From Candidatus Poribacteria bacterium (GTDB lineage Bacteria > Poribacteria > WGA-4E > WGA-3G): 64,000 nucleotides of DNA. Each line of letters opens with the position of its first letter. Position 1 is the stretch's first letter. The stretch is taken from contig OY282374.1 of NCBI GenBank assembly GCA_958295815.1, forward strand, positions 514,856-578,855, in the 5' to 3' direction. Shown piece by piece: positions 7,294 through 17,461 of the stretch. The translations under genes and the position numbers were made by a program. The notes under the pieces are model-generated. The model was not told the DNA's origin. It was given only the letters and a program-made list of their open reading frames with translations, and ran no database searches.

Positions 7294-9854
7294 TTATGCA
7301 AATTCCTGAACCTTCACTTGTCCTCCTTATTGGACCTTCCGGTTCAGGCAAGTCCACCTTTGCACGTAAGCATTTTAAGCCGACTGAGATTCTTTCATCG
7401 GATTTCTGCCGGGGGCTTGTTTCGGACGATGAGACCGACCAAACGGTAACGAAAGATGCATTCGAAGTGCTGCGTTTCATCGCAGCGAAACGGCTCGCTG
7501 CTGGGAAACTAACGGTCGTTGATGCAACAAACGTTCAGGCGGACGCACGAAAACCTTTGCTTGCATTGGCACGCGAATATCATTACTTAACTGTTGCCAT
7601 TGTATTTGACATGCCTACAAAACTTTGTCAGGAAAGAAATGAGGCGCGGCCCGACCGCGATTTCAAATCGTATGTCATCCGCCAGCAGCGTCAGCAACTA
7701 CGCCGTTCACTGCGTGGACTCAAACGTGAAGGTTTTCGGAACTTCATCTATGTGATGTCCACATCGGAAGCCGTTGAATCTGCATGTGTTGAGCGACAAC
7801 CACTGTGGACGAATCGTAGAGACGAGCAAGGACCATTTGACATCATTGGTGATATTCACGGCTGTTTTGACGAACTTGTTGAATTGCTCAAAGAACTCGG
7901 TTATGGAATCTCAACGCAGCCGAGCGGTGAAATCGTTGTTGAGCCGCCGCAGGGCAGAAAGGCGGTTTTCGTCGGAGATTTTGTTGACCGGGGTCCAAAG
8001 GTTCCCGAAGTGTTACGCTTGGTCATGGGAATGCAAAAGACTGGTGCAGCTATCTGCGTGCCCGGAAATCATGACGTGAAACTCGTACGTGCGCTCCGCG
8101 GCAAAAATGTGAAGCAAACACACGGGTTAGCGGAATCGTTATCTCAATTAGAGAAAACACCAACCGAATTTAAGACGCAAATCGCAGAATTCCTCGATGG
8201 TTTAGTGAGCCACTACGTACTTGACGACGGAAAGTTGGTCGTCGCACACGCTGGAATGAAGGCGGAATTACAAGGTAGGGCATCGGGACGCGTCCGAGAA
8301 TTCGCAATGTATGGAGAAACCACCGGGGAAACCGATGAGTTCGGCTTACCAATTCGGGTCAATTGGGCTGACGAATATCGTGGTGCTGCGATGGTTGTCT
8401 ATGGGCACACACCAGTTGCTGAGCCGCAGTGGGTAAACCAGACAATCAACATTGATACTGGATGTGTTTTTGGTGGCAAATTGACGGCGTTGCGGTATCC
8501 CGAAAAAGAACTCGTGTCTGTTCCCGCACACCAGACCTATTATGAACCGACCAAGCCGCTTCTTGATGAAGTGAACGAACTGCCTTCAGTCAAAACGCAG
8601 GCGTATGATGATGTCTTGGATATTAATGATGTGATGGGAAAGCGCGTTATCAGCACAAGGTTACATCACAACATAACAATCCGCGAAGAGAATACGATAA
8701 CCGCGCTTGAGACGATGAGCCGTTTCGCTGTGAATCCAAAATGGCTTATATACCTTCCACCGACAATGTCCCCAACTGAAACGACAAATAGCCCCGGTTT
8801 GCTTGAACATCCAGCAGAAGGGTTCACTTATTATCGTAGGCAGGGTATATCCAATGTCATCTGGGAAGAAAAACACATGGGATCCCGCGCTGTTGTTGTC
8901 GTTTGTCGGGATCCGGAAACTGCAAAAAGGCGATTTGGTGTTATCGGGGACACCCTCGGCATCTGTTATACACGAACCGGCAGACGTTTCTTTGAGGATG
9001 CCGCAATTGAAACTGAACTGTTAAGACAGGTAAAAGAAGCAATAGACAATGCCGATTATTGGAAAATCTTCGATACAGATTGGATCTGTCTTGACTGCGA
9101 GTTAATGCCTTGGTCGGTTAAGGCTCAGGAGCTGTTACGGCAACAATACGCGCCAGTGGGCACATCAGCTCGTATCGCTTTGGGAGAAGCTGTTGTCTCC
9201 TTAGAGATTGCCGCTGAACGAGATATTGACGTGAGCCATGTATTGGATGACTATCGTCAACGCACCGAAGCAGTGGCGGAATACGTTAAGGCTTATCAGC
9301 AATACTGCTGGCAGGTACAATCTGTCGCAGACCTGAAACTGGCTCCGTTCCATCTCCTTGCGACGGAAGGTGCCGTGTATTTCGACAAAGACCATCAGTG
9401 GCACATGCAAATGCTTACGAAACTCTGTCAAAGTTCTGAGAATGACCTATTGTTTGCAACTTCCTGCGGGGTAGTTGATGTGACTGATGACGCAAGTCAG
9501 GCTGAGGCGATTCGACTGTGGGAAGAACTCACGGCGCAGGGAGGCGAAGGCACAGTCATCAAACCTCTGGATTTTGTCGTTCATGGCAAACGAGGATTGA
9601 TACAACCCGCTGTAAAATGTCGCGGTCGTGAGTATCTCCGGATAATCTATGGACCTGAGTACACCTTGCCCCAGAACTTAGAACGTCTACGTTCCCGTGG
9701 GCTCTCTCGCAAACGTGCCCTCGCGCTCCGGGAGTTTGCATTGGGCGTTGAGGCACTTGAGCGTTTCGTTCGCCGTGAACCCTTATCTCGTGTTCACGAA
9801 TGCGTTTTCGGAATTTTAGCACTCGAAAGTGAGTCGGTTGATCCAAGGCTCTGA
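7290..9854 (+). CDS. pnkp: Polynucleotide kinase-phosphatase-ligase Pnkp
   Basis: Kinase GPSGSGKS; metallophosphoesterase GDIHG/GDFVDRG/GNHD/GHTP; ligase motif I EEKHMGSR; C-terminal ESESVDPRL; ATGA overlap with hen1. Confidence 0.95.
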   Translation: MIMQIPEPSLVLLIGPSGSGKSTFARKHFKPTEILSSDFCRGLVSDDETDQTVTKDAFEVLRFIAAKRLAAGKLTVVDATNVQADARKPLLALAREYHYLTVAIVFDMPTKLCQERNEARPDRDFKSYVIRQQRQQLRRSLRGLKREGFRNFIYVMSTSEAVESACVERQPLWTNRRDEQGPFDIIGDIHGCFDELVELLKELGYGISTQPSGEIVVEPPQGRKAVFVGDFVDRGPKVPEVLRLVMGMQKTGAAICVPGNHDVKLVRALRGKNVKQTHGLAESLSQLEKTPTEFKTQIAEFLDGLVSHYVLDDGKLVVAHAGMKAELQGRASGRVREFAMYGETTGETDEFGLPIRVNWADEYRGAAMVVYGHTPVAEPQWVNQTINIDTGCVFGGKLTALRYPEKELVSVPAHQTYYEPTKPLLDEVNELPSVKTQAYDDVLDINDVMGKRVISTRLHHNITIREENTITALETMSRFAVNPKWLIYLPPTMSPTETTNSPGLLEHPAEGFTYYRRQGISNVIWEEKHMGSRAVVVVCRDPETAKRRFGVIGDTLGICYTRTGRRFFEDAAIETELLRQVKEAIDNADYWKIFDTDWICLDCELMPWSVKAQELLRQQYAPVGTSARIALGEAVVSLEIAAERDIDVSHVLDDYRQRTEAVAEYVKAYQQYCWQVQSVADLKLAPFHLLATEGAVYFDKDHQWHMQMLTKLCQSSENDLLFATSCGVVDVTDDASQAEAIRLWEELTAQGGEGTVIKPLDFVVHGKRGLIQPAVKCRGREYLRIIYGPEYTLPQNLERLRSRGLSRKRALALREFALGVEALERFVRREPLSRVHECVFGILALESESVDPRL

Positions 9855-10056
9855 GGTATTCTCACTAAAGTCAACCTTCATATTCCCAAATATTTACATA
9901 CCCACCCCTAACTGCAAAAGTTGACCTTATTCCACTTATGATGTAAAATAAGCTTATGACGCTTCCTCGCGTTTGTGATAGTATCGCAAACGACCGGTGA
10001 ACACGTGTTTTCGTTCCTACGTCACAATCTAAGACTTCGCACAAGGGGGCAAGGTT

Positions 10057-11166
10057 ATGGATAAAAAATACCGTATTCAGAACGTTGAAACGATACCCAG
10101 TCCATCGCTGGTTATCTATCTCACACAAGTTCAGCAGAACATTGAACGTGCTATTGCTATGGTGGATGGGGATGTCTCAAGGCTTAGACCGCATGCGAAG
10201 ACTCATAAAACCGCAGAGATTGTCGCTATGGAACGCGATGCTGGTATCTATAAGCACAAATGTGCGACCCTGCGCGAAGCAGAAATGCTGGCACAGAACG
10301 GTATAGAGGATATTCTGATCGCCTATCAGATGGTCGGACCGAATATCAACCGGTTTGTCTCGTTACAGCGGACATATCCGGATGCCGACTTTAAGGTCAT
10401 TGTCGATCACTCAGCGGCGGTGACGGCACTCGCATCAGTGGTGGCGAATTACGACTTGAATGTCAAAGTTATGCTGGATTTGGATGTCGGAATGCATCGG
10501 AGCGGAATACCAGTCGGCGACGCTGCTGTTGATATCTACGCGCAGATTCAGGCAGCAGAAGGGCTGCAGGCGTGGGGTTTACACGTCTACGATGGACATA
10601 TCCACGATGAAGATGTGGCTGAACGGAAGGCTTCCTGCGATAATAGTATGGTGCAGGTAGAGGAGATGAAGGATAGACTCTCTGCCAAAGGACTTGAAGT
10701 CCCGTTGATCGTGATGGGTGGGACACCGACATTCCCGATCTATGCGAAGACCCCAGGCGTAGAGGCATCACCAGGGACTTTCATTTTCCATGATTATGGT
10801 TACACCACCCGTTATCCCGACCTCGGTTTCACACCAGCAGCATTACTCCTGAGTCGCATCATTAGTATTCCTACCCCGAATCGGATTACCCTTGATTTGG
10901 GTCATAAAGCCATCGCTGCAGACCCTGAAGGCGTCCGCGGCGTCATTTTGAGTATTGATAATGCCGAAGTCGGTCAGCAGCACGAAGAACATTGGGCGAT
11001 TAGTGTTCCTGACAGCGCACCGATGCATATCGGACAAGAGATTTACGTCTGTCCGACGCATATCTGTCCGTGTGTCGCACTCCATCCATTTTACTACGTC
11101 GTAGATGCTGATGGGTATTGTCGGGAGACTTGGGAGGTCACGGCGCGCAATCGAAGTGCTGCGTGA
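10057..11166 (+). CDS. D-threonine aldolase-family (fold III PLP) enzyme
   Basis: LRPHAKTHK, DLDVGMHRSG, YDGH, GGTPT, EEH and PTHICP motifs. Confidence 0.85.
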   Translation: MDKKYRIQNVETIPSPSLVIYLTQVQQNIERAIAMVDGDVSRLRPHAKTHKTAEIVAMERDAGIYKHKCATLREAEMLAQNGIEDILIAYQMVGPNINRFVSLQRTYPDADFKVIVDHSAAVTALASVVANYDLNVKVMLDLDVGMHRSGIPVGDAAVDIYAQIQAAEGLQAWGLHVYDGHIHDEDVAERKASCDNSMVQVEEMKDRLSAKGLEVPLIVMGGTPTFPIYAKTPGVEASPGTFIFHDYGYTTRYPDLGFTPAALLLSRIISIPTPNRITLDLGHKAIAADPEGVRGVILSIDNAEVGQQHEEHWAISVPDSAPMHIGQEIYVCPTHICPCVALHPFYYVVDADGYCRETWEVTARNRSAA

Positions 11167-11184
11167 ACCTGTGAAATATGACGC

Positions 11185-13137
11185 TCACGGCCACGGGAAG
11201 AACGGTGCTGGTACGTTTGCTCCCCAACTGATGAGCGTCCACACAACCGCCATACTAAATTCCCCGAAAACCATACCTAAGAAGAAAGGTCGGAGTCGCT
11301 GGTATTGCCGAATACCGCTATAACGTAAGACCGGCGTTTTAATGCCCCACGCGATGAGAACCGGAAACCAGAATACGATAAGCGTCCACGAAGCCGATAA
11401 GGCATACCCAAGTGGGTGCAGGGGCCACCACCAATATAACATCCGCAAAATGACTAATCCAGTCGTCACGAGCGCACCGATACCGAAAAAGAGCCCGCCT
11501 GTTGTGCGTAAATCTGCCCCCAATCCCTCTATTGCCGCGACATTGTCCTGAAATGCCCAAAGCGGGTTTCCTCGGTAGGTGTAGCTATACATGTAGTTTG
11601 CGCCGTGCGTATAAGGGAGCCATAGGTGGATGGCAGCTGCACATAAGAAAGCGAGCGTACACCCTAACACGAACACCCCCAAGAGTGAACGATAGGACAT
11701 ACCCACCCGATCCCTTATTTTTAAGCCATCTAAGAAACCTGTTAAAATTAATCCGCGCTGGTCGCGAGTGAAGATAGCATCTAGGAACGAGAGTATAGTC
11801 AGACTCTGTGCCCCCAATGTTGCTTTGCTGGCGATGAGTTGGTAGAGATCAATCGGTCGAAAAGATGTTTCCGTCATTAGCAGCCCACCTTCAGCTGTGC
11901 TACGCGCCATTACGACCGCTATAATACAGATATAGACGAGTATCTCGAATACGGCAAAACCTAAGTTCAGTCCAGCTGCATAGCACCACCCGATTGCAAG
12001 AAGCAAACTGACAATGAGTCCCCAAACCGCTGTGCGGTAAGGCATAAGTTCCGTTGTGTTGTCTTCTTCATTTGTAGTAAATGCTCGGCGAAACACGCCT
12101 GCAAAGTGTGGAAATCCCATGTAGATAAACGAGATTACCAACACGAAATAAGCACCTGCGACTTGGTAACCCAAATAGAGTCGGGTTGGGTAGAGTGGCA
12201 TCCCGCTTACCCGTAAGCCAAACATTGCTGCGACAACATCTTGAAGCCGTGTGAGTAAGAAAAAGAACCATAGGCTGAAAAGCAGTTGTGTTGGCAGTAA
12301 GTAGAAAAATCCTACTGCCGCGAAGGAAAGGAAGATAGGTGTGTAAGCGATAGCGTTGAAAGGTTGTTCCGTGAAGTATTGATTGAGCAAGTACCGCAGC
12401 GAGAAGCTCGGAATTTGAGGCGAAATTTCATGAAGTCCGTTTAAGGTGAAGATGAGCGCAGGCAATCCGAACCCTAACCACATGAGGCGATTTCTAAGGA
12501 AACCGCGTCCCTCGTGTACGAATTCAAGTGGAAGCGAGACTAATGGAAATGACAGTTTCTCGTTTTCGATCCACTGTTTTCGTAGAATGGCTGCGAGGCA
12601 GAGGAAGGCGGTGAACACTAAAAAGACAAGCACACCCCAGAGGCATAGCGGTTCTAACCATGCCCGCCACGGAATCACATCTCCTGTTTGTATACCTTCA
12701 TAGAAACTGATGGCAATAGCTGCTTGCCCTTTTTGTTCCGGTGAGAATGGAATAAGCCACGGTTTGATGTGAGAAAAAAATAGGGTGTCCCAACTATTAG
12801 TTTCGTTGGTAAAATAGTTGACTGCGATGAGGGCAGGAATGAGTTTTTCCATCACGCCGCGCGATGAGATCATCGAAGCAACCAGCATCATGCAGTAGAT
12901 GCCCATCAATTCCCGCGGGGACAGCCCAAGGCGTTTGTTCAGTTTTTCGAGCAAGCGATTCCCTAATACCAAAAAGAAGAACAAACCGATAACCGCAGGT
13001 GGCAGCTGTAAAAACCCAATTTGAATGTAGGTGATTACTAATTCTGCGTAAGAGACAATGCAGCATATAGCAATAACGAAGCAGATACCGAGAAGAATAG
13101 AACGTCCTGATATGGAATTTTCATTTGTCGGAATCAA
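11185..13137 (-). CDS. Large polytopic membrane protein (DUF6785/DUF6784-like, putative transporter)
   Basis: Many TM helices; LRKQWIENEKLSFPL and WWPLHPLGY signatures. Confidence 0.7.
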   Translation of the reverse strand: MIPTNENSISGRSILLGICFVIAICCIVSYAELVITYIQIGFLQLPPAVIGLFFFLVLGNRLLEKLNKRLGLSPRELMGIYCMMLVASMISSRGVMEKLIPALIAVNYFTNETNSWDTLFFSHIKPWLIPFSPEQKGQAAIAISFYEGIQTGDVIPWRAWLEPLCLWGVLVFLVFTAFLCLAAILRKQWIENEKLSFPLVSLPLEFVHEGRGFLRNRLMWLGFGLPALIFTLNGLHEISPQIPSFSLRYLLNQYFTEQPFNAIAYTPIFLSFAAVGFFYLLPTQLLFSLWFFFLLTRLQDVVAAMFGLRVSGMPLYPTRLYLGYQVAGAYFVLVISFIYMGFPHFAGVFRRAFTTNEEDNTTELMPYRTAVWGLIVSLLLAIGWCYAAGLNLGFAVFEILVYICIIAVVMARSTAEGGLLMTETSFRPIDLYQLIASKATLGAQSLTILSFLDAIFTRDQRGLILTGFLDGLKIRDRVGMSYRSLLGVFVLGCTLAFLCAAAIHLWLPYTHGANYMYSYTYRGNPLWAFQDNVAAIEGLGADLRTTGGLFFGIGALVTTGLVILRMLYWWWPLHPLGYALSASWTLIVFWFPVLIAWGIKTPVLRYSGIRQYQRLRPFFLGMVFGEFSMAVVWTLISWGANVPAPFFPWP

Positions 13138-13310
13138 TATCGCACTGTCCTATACTGAGAGTTTGATAGAGTCTAACACAAACTTAAAGCGGTGTCAAAT
13201 GCAGATGTTGGAGATGGCACGTCACAACAGGCGGCAATGCCTTTATACCCAAAGAATAGGCGCAATTACTTTTTTGTAACCTAATTTCGGATACAAACGT
13301 TATGTAAAGT

Positions 13311-13619
13311 ATGGAAAATATTGGTTACATATGGACTGAAGCGATGCCGAATGAATCAATTCAATCCTTCGCTAAAATTAACCCACTGGTTGGGTTGCCT
13401 GTCAAAACCCTGCGTCTTTATAATGCGTTAGAGGTTTTGAAGAAAAAATATCGTTCTTCCGACAAACCGGAATGGTTCAGCATACCGGAACGCGATCCGC
13501 TTCTTCAGAAGATTGGGTTTTCTAAAACCGAGATTGAGAACGGCCTCAGAGAGTTGAAGCGCGTGAATTTGTTGCAAACCCGTGAAGAACAAAATACATG
13601 TTGGTATTGCCTGAAATAG
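13311..13619 (+). CDS. Hypothetical protein, possible winged-helix
   Basis: 102-aa ORF just upstream of maf; GFSKTEIENGLRELKRVNLL resembles a wHTH recognition helix. Confidence 0.55.
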   Translation: MENIGYIWTEAMPNESIQSFAKINPLVGLPVKTLRLYNALEVLKKKYRSSDKPEWFSIPERDPLLQKIGFSKTEIENGLRELKRVNLLQTREEQNTCWYCLK

Positions 13620-13626
13620 GGTACAA

Positions 13627-14235
13627 GTGAGCGAACCGACTTTAAACACTTTGCGTCTGGTATTAGCCTCTGCGTCACCTCGACGTGCGGCGTTGTTATC
13701 CCAGATTGGGATGACGTTTGAAATACGTCCGAGCGATGTTGTTGAACCGCCGCACAGCGCGTATTCAGGCAAACGGGTGGATGAGGTAACGCAAGAACTT
13801 GCCTTGCTCAAGGCGAGAGCTGTCGCGCAGTTTTGCGATGAAGGCATGATTATCGGTGCAGATACCTTAGTATCGTTAGATGGGAAGCTTCTCGGCAAAC
13901 CGACTGATGATGCAGATGCTGTGGCGATGTTGACGCAGCTCAGTGGCACCACTCACGAGGTTGTGACAGGCGTGGTGCTGATCGATGCTTCAACAGGACG
14001 TACTATCTCTTGGGCGGAAACGACTCAGGTTTATTTTCGGACGCTGAATCCTACCGAAATTGCTGACTATATCAATAGCGGTGAAGCATCAGATAAAGCG
14101 GGTGCATACGGAATCCAAGGACGAGGTGCCGCTTTCGTTAGACGCATTGAGGGCTGCTATTTCAATGTCGTCGGTCTCCCTTTAGCTAGCCTCGTTGAAA
14201 ACCTCTCCAATTTTCAATCCGATGTCGACATGTAA
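13627..14235 (+). CDS. maf: Maf family nucleoside triphosphate pyrophosphatase
   Basis: LASASPRR, GADT, LGKP, DKAGAYGIQG and NVVGLP motifs. Confidence 0.95.
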   Translation: MSEPTLNTLRLVLASASPRRAALLSQIGMTFEIRPSDVVEPPHSAYSGKRVDEVTQELALLKARAVAQFCDEGMIIGADTLVSLDGKLLGKPTDDADAVAMLTQLSGTTHEVVTGVVLIDASTGRTISWAETTQVYFRTLNPTEIADYINSGEASDKAGAYGIQGRGAAFVRRIEGCYFNVVGLPLASLVENLSNFQSDVDM

Positions 14236-14899
14236 AAATTACGCTCCAACCGAGGGCTACACCGAAATTGTGAAGCCTGGCGAAATGGGCATCTCCAAAC
14301 TCCATTTCGGAATTCTTACCCTAACTCCCCAGTCTACTTTCTTTGACCATTCTGAGGATAATGAAGTCGCACTCATTGCGTTGGGTGGACACTGCACCCT
14401 ATTGGTAGGGCATAACGGGAACAAGGCGTACGGCGTTTTGGGTGACCGTCCGGATGTCTTCCAGGGTGAGGCATGTGTGGCGCATATTCCGCATCACACA
14501 ACTTATGAGATGCTCACAGGGGATGTGGGTATTGAAGTTGCGGTGTGCAAAGTGGAATCCCATTCGGAATCCGCAGCGGTAATTCTGGAGGCGGGGGAGA
14601 CAGCAGCCGAAAACGAAACGCACCTCAGAATTTGGGAGAACGTCTTGTTGGAAGATTTAGATGTCCGTGCCAGGGACGTACACATAACGCCTACGGATAG
14701 AGAGGCGATCTGTCTCTATAGATCCGTTGAGGCGGACAGTGCTGCTGTCTTTGATATTACGCGCACCGTAGATCGCGAAAAAACGATGCGCGTGCAGTTA
14801 GATGACAACGATGTCCTAATGCTTTCGGAGCAGGATAGTATCGTGTCCTTTACGTCTAAAGGGGTTGGCTACCAGTTGTGGATCCAACCCGGTTTATAG
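14222..14899 (+). CDS. IolB/KduI-like cupin protein, divergent
   Basis: N-terminal half resembles 5-deoxy-glucuronate isomerase (LHFGILTL, EVALIALGGHC, GDRPDVF); C-terminal half diverged. Confidence 0.5.
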   Translation: MSTCKNYAPTEGYTEIVKPGEMGISKLHFGILTLTPQSTFFDHSEDNEVALIALGGHCTLLVGHNGNKAYGVLGDRPDVFQGEACVAHIPHHTTYEMLTGDVGIEVAVCKVESHSESAAVILEAGETAAENETHLRIWENVLLEDLDVRARDVHITPTDREAICLYRSVEADSAAVFDITRTVDREKTMRVQLDDNDVLMLSEQDSIVSFTSKGVGYQLWIQPGL

Positions 14900-14936
14900 G
14901 GAAGCCAAGTACCCATATCGATGAAAAAAATTCCTC

Positions 14937-15239
14937 TTATTCACCCTCGATAAGTTCCCCACCCTTCTTGAGAAAAGCAACAGCACTCCGTGAGATGTGA
15001 ACTTTTACTTCTTGATTATTCACTTCTCCGACGGTGATGAGAATAATATTCTTATCATTGCTAAGACCGAGAATTTTGCCGTGTAATCCACCGTTGGTTA
15101 CAACTTCGTCACCTTTGGATAGATTCTCCAGCATATTCTGGTGTTTTTTTCGTTTGGCTTGTTCCGGTCGCCATAATAGGAAATACATAATTGCACCCAT
15201 CGCGATGAACGGAAGAAGCAAACCACCTATTTGTTCCAT
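14937..15239 (-). CDS. yajC: Preprotein translocase subunit YajC
   Basis: MYFLLWRPEQ and LSKGDEVVTNGGLHGKI motifs. Confidence 0.92.
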   Translation of the reverse strand: MEQIGGLLLPFIAMGAIMYFLLWRPEQAKRKKHQNMLENLSKGDEVVTNGGLHGKILGLSNDKNIILITVGEVNNQEVKVHISRSAVAFLKKGGELIEGE

Positions 15240-15260
15240 GAAGTGTCTCCTTCTATTTTT

Positions 15261-16289
15261 TCAAAGAATTAGCATGGCATCGCCATAACTGTAAAAACGG
15301 TAATTGTGTTGAAGTGCCTCTTGATACGCTTTCTGAATTAAGTCCTTTCCAGCGAAAGCACTCACAAGCATGAGTAAGGTTGATTTAGGTAGATGGAAGT
15401 TGGTAACCAACGCATCTACGACATTAAATCGGTGCCCGGGATAGATAAAAAGATCGCTATAACCGCTATAGGGTCTGACAGTTCCTGTTATACCAGCAGT
15501 TTCGAGTGATCGGACCACTGTGGTCCCAATGGCAACAATTTTCACGCCTGCCACCCGTGCTGATCGGATGCGCTCCGCTTCTGTTTCCGCGAGGTGAATG
15601 TATTCAGCATGCATTTTGTGTGTCTGAATGTTTTCCACTTTCACGGGTTGAAATGTTCCGGGTCCGACGTGTAGTGTTAGCGTTGCGGTTTCTACCCCAC
15701 TATTTTTTAATTCCTCCAGTAATCTTGGTGTAAAGTGTAGTCCTGCTGTCGGTGCAGCAATCGCGCCTTCAGTAGCGGCGTAAACGGATTGGTAGCGTAT
15801 TTTGTCTTCAGCGTTTGGTGCCCGACGAATATAAGGCGGTAGCGGCATCATACCGACATCTGCGAGGATCGCTGAAAACGTTCCCTCATAGTTGAAACGG
15901 ACAAGGCAGTGTCCATCATCTGGTTTCGCGAGTACCTCTGCTATTAGATTGCTGTTTCCAAATTCAATTTGCGTGCCGATTCGAAGGTTCCGCCGTGGCT
16001 TTGCCAGTGCTTCCCAAATGTCTGTCTCTTTTTCCCGGATGAGCAGTAGTTCTATTTTTCCGCCAGTCCCACGTTTATTCCCAATTAGCCGCGCCGGTAT
16101 CACCTTTGTATCGTTAAGCACTAAGAGCGCAGTGTCTGGTAAATATTCTCCAATCTGCGAAAATTGGGTATGGTGAAACGTGTGGGTATCGCGATTAACT
16201 ACCAAGAGTCGTGAGGCATCGCGCTGCTGAAGGGGACTTTGTGCAATCCGGTCAAGAGGTAGGTGATAATCGAAATCTGTGAGTTTCAT
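15261..16289 (-). CDS. queA: S-adenosylmethionine:tRNA ribosyltransferase-isomerase
   Basis: FDYHLP, MPLPPYI, AAPTAGLHF, HVGPGTF, TNFHLPKSTL and YRFYSYGDAM motifs. Confidence 0.97.
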   Translation of the reverse strand: MKLTDFDYHLPLDRIAQSPLQQRDASRLLVVNRDTHTFHHTQFSQIGEYLPDTALLVLNDTKVIPARLIGNKRGTGGKIELLLIREKETDIWEALAKPRRNLRIGTQIEFGNSNLIAEVLAKPDDGHCLVRFNYEGTFSAILADVGMMPLPPYIRRAPNAEDKIRYQSVYAATEGAIAAPTAGLHFTPRLLEELKNSGVETATLTLHVGPGTFQPVKVENIQTHKMHAEYIHLAETEAERIRSARVAGVKIVAIGTTVVRSLETAGITGTVRPYSGYSDLFIYPGHRFNVVDALVTNFHLPKSTLLMLVSAFAGKDLIQKAYQEALQHNYRFYSYGDAMLIL

Positions 16290-16350
16290 AGTTATCGAAT
16301 GGTTTCGGGACCTCTACCTCAGTACGAATGCGGCAAAGCGCAATTTGCGG

Positions 16351-17364
16351 CTAATAAAATAGTGATATTTGAGAATTAACAGGGTAGCCGAAGTATTCAT
16401 GAGCGGCATCGGTTGCGACACGCCCACCCGGTGTCAGCATCAAAAACCCTTCTTTGATATAGTACGATTCGTAAACCTCTGAAATAGTTCGTTCATCCTC
16501 ACTAAGCGCGACAGCGAGTGCCTTAAGCCCGGCGCGCCCATTGAATTTCCCAATAAGTGTTTCAAAATAGGCGTAATCCTGCGCGTCTAATCCGCGTTCA
16601 TCAATCCCGAAGAATTTGAGTGCCTCCTCTGCAATTTCAAGTGAGAGTACACCGTCACTTTTGACTTGGGCATAATCCCTGACATTTGCGAGTAATTTAT
16701 TAGCGATTCGCATTGTTCCCCGCGAACGCCGCGCTAATGCGTATTCTGCGTTTTCGTCAATATCAATATTGAGTTTTCCGCTGTTAATACGGATAACTTG
16801 TTGAATGTCATCTGGCTCGTAGTAATCGAGGTGTATCCGAATGCCAAAGCGATCGCGAAAGGGACCAGAAAGCAAGCCTTCGCGTGTTGTAGCACCGACG
16901 AGTGTAAAAGGGGCAATATCAATTTGGACAACATCCGATCCCGGTCCTTGTCCTATGGCTAAGTCCAACTGGTAGTCTTCCATTACTGGATAAAGTGATT
17001 CTTGCACGGGTCCTTTCATGCGGTGAATTTCATCAATAAACAAAATATCGCTTCTCTCGATGTTCGTCAAGGTTGAAGCAAGGTCGAGTTTTTCCATGAT
17101 GGGACCGATTGCCTGTTTAAAGTTGCGCTGCATCTCATTAGCGATAATCTTCGCAAGCGTGGTTTTCCCCAGACCCGGTGGACTCACGAGGAGAACGTGC
17201 TCTAACGCATCGCCTCGCTGTTTAGCGGCTTCAATGTGGATACGGAGCTGTTCTGTGGCTCTCTCCTGTCCGATAAATTCCTTCAGTGTTTCCGGGCGGA
17301 GACTATATCCAAAGTCATCCTCTTCAGATCCCAAATCTTGCATTAATATTTTCTGATCATCCAT
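16351..17364 (-). CDS. ruvB: Holliday junction branch migration helicase RuvB
   Basis: LRPETLKEFIGQ, PPGLGKTTLA, FIDEIHR, FTLVGATTR and RDRFG motifs. Confidence 0.95.
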   Translation of the reverse strand: MDDQKILMQDLGSEEDDFGYSLRPETLKEFIGQERATEQLRIHIEAAKQRGDALEHVLLVSPPGLGKTTLAKIIANEMQRNFKQAIGPIMEKLDLASTLTNIERSDILFIDEIHRMKGPVQESLYPVMEDYQLDLAIGQGPGSDVVQIDIAPFTLVGATTREGLLSGPFRDRFGIRIHLDYYEPDDIQQVIRINSGKLNIDIDENAEYALARRSRGTMRIANKLLANVRDYAQVKSDGVLSLEIAEEALKFFGIDERGLDAQDYAYFETLIGKFNGRAGLKALAVALSEDERTISEVYESYYIKEGFLMLTPGGRVATDAAHEYFGYPVNSQISLFY

Positions 17365-17461
17365 TTTTTTGTCCTGGTCTGGAAAATTTCAATAGCATTT
17401 TGCTTTGAGACGTACTTTGCTTACTGAGCGAAGTTTGCATCAAGTCCGTCCGTGAAGGTGG

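Noticed and set aside
9950..10056. Possible riboswitch in the leader of the PLP enzyme gene
   Set aside because: One hairpin (CGTTTGTGATA/TATCGCAAACG) but no conserved riboswitch motif recognised; an Rfam scan would be needed.
14937..16289. Missing tgt between queA and yajC as evidence of queuosine pathway loss
   Set aside because: tgt is often located elsewhere; absence cannot be judged from one window.
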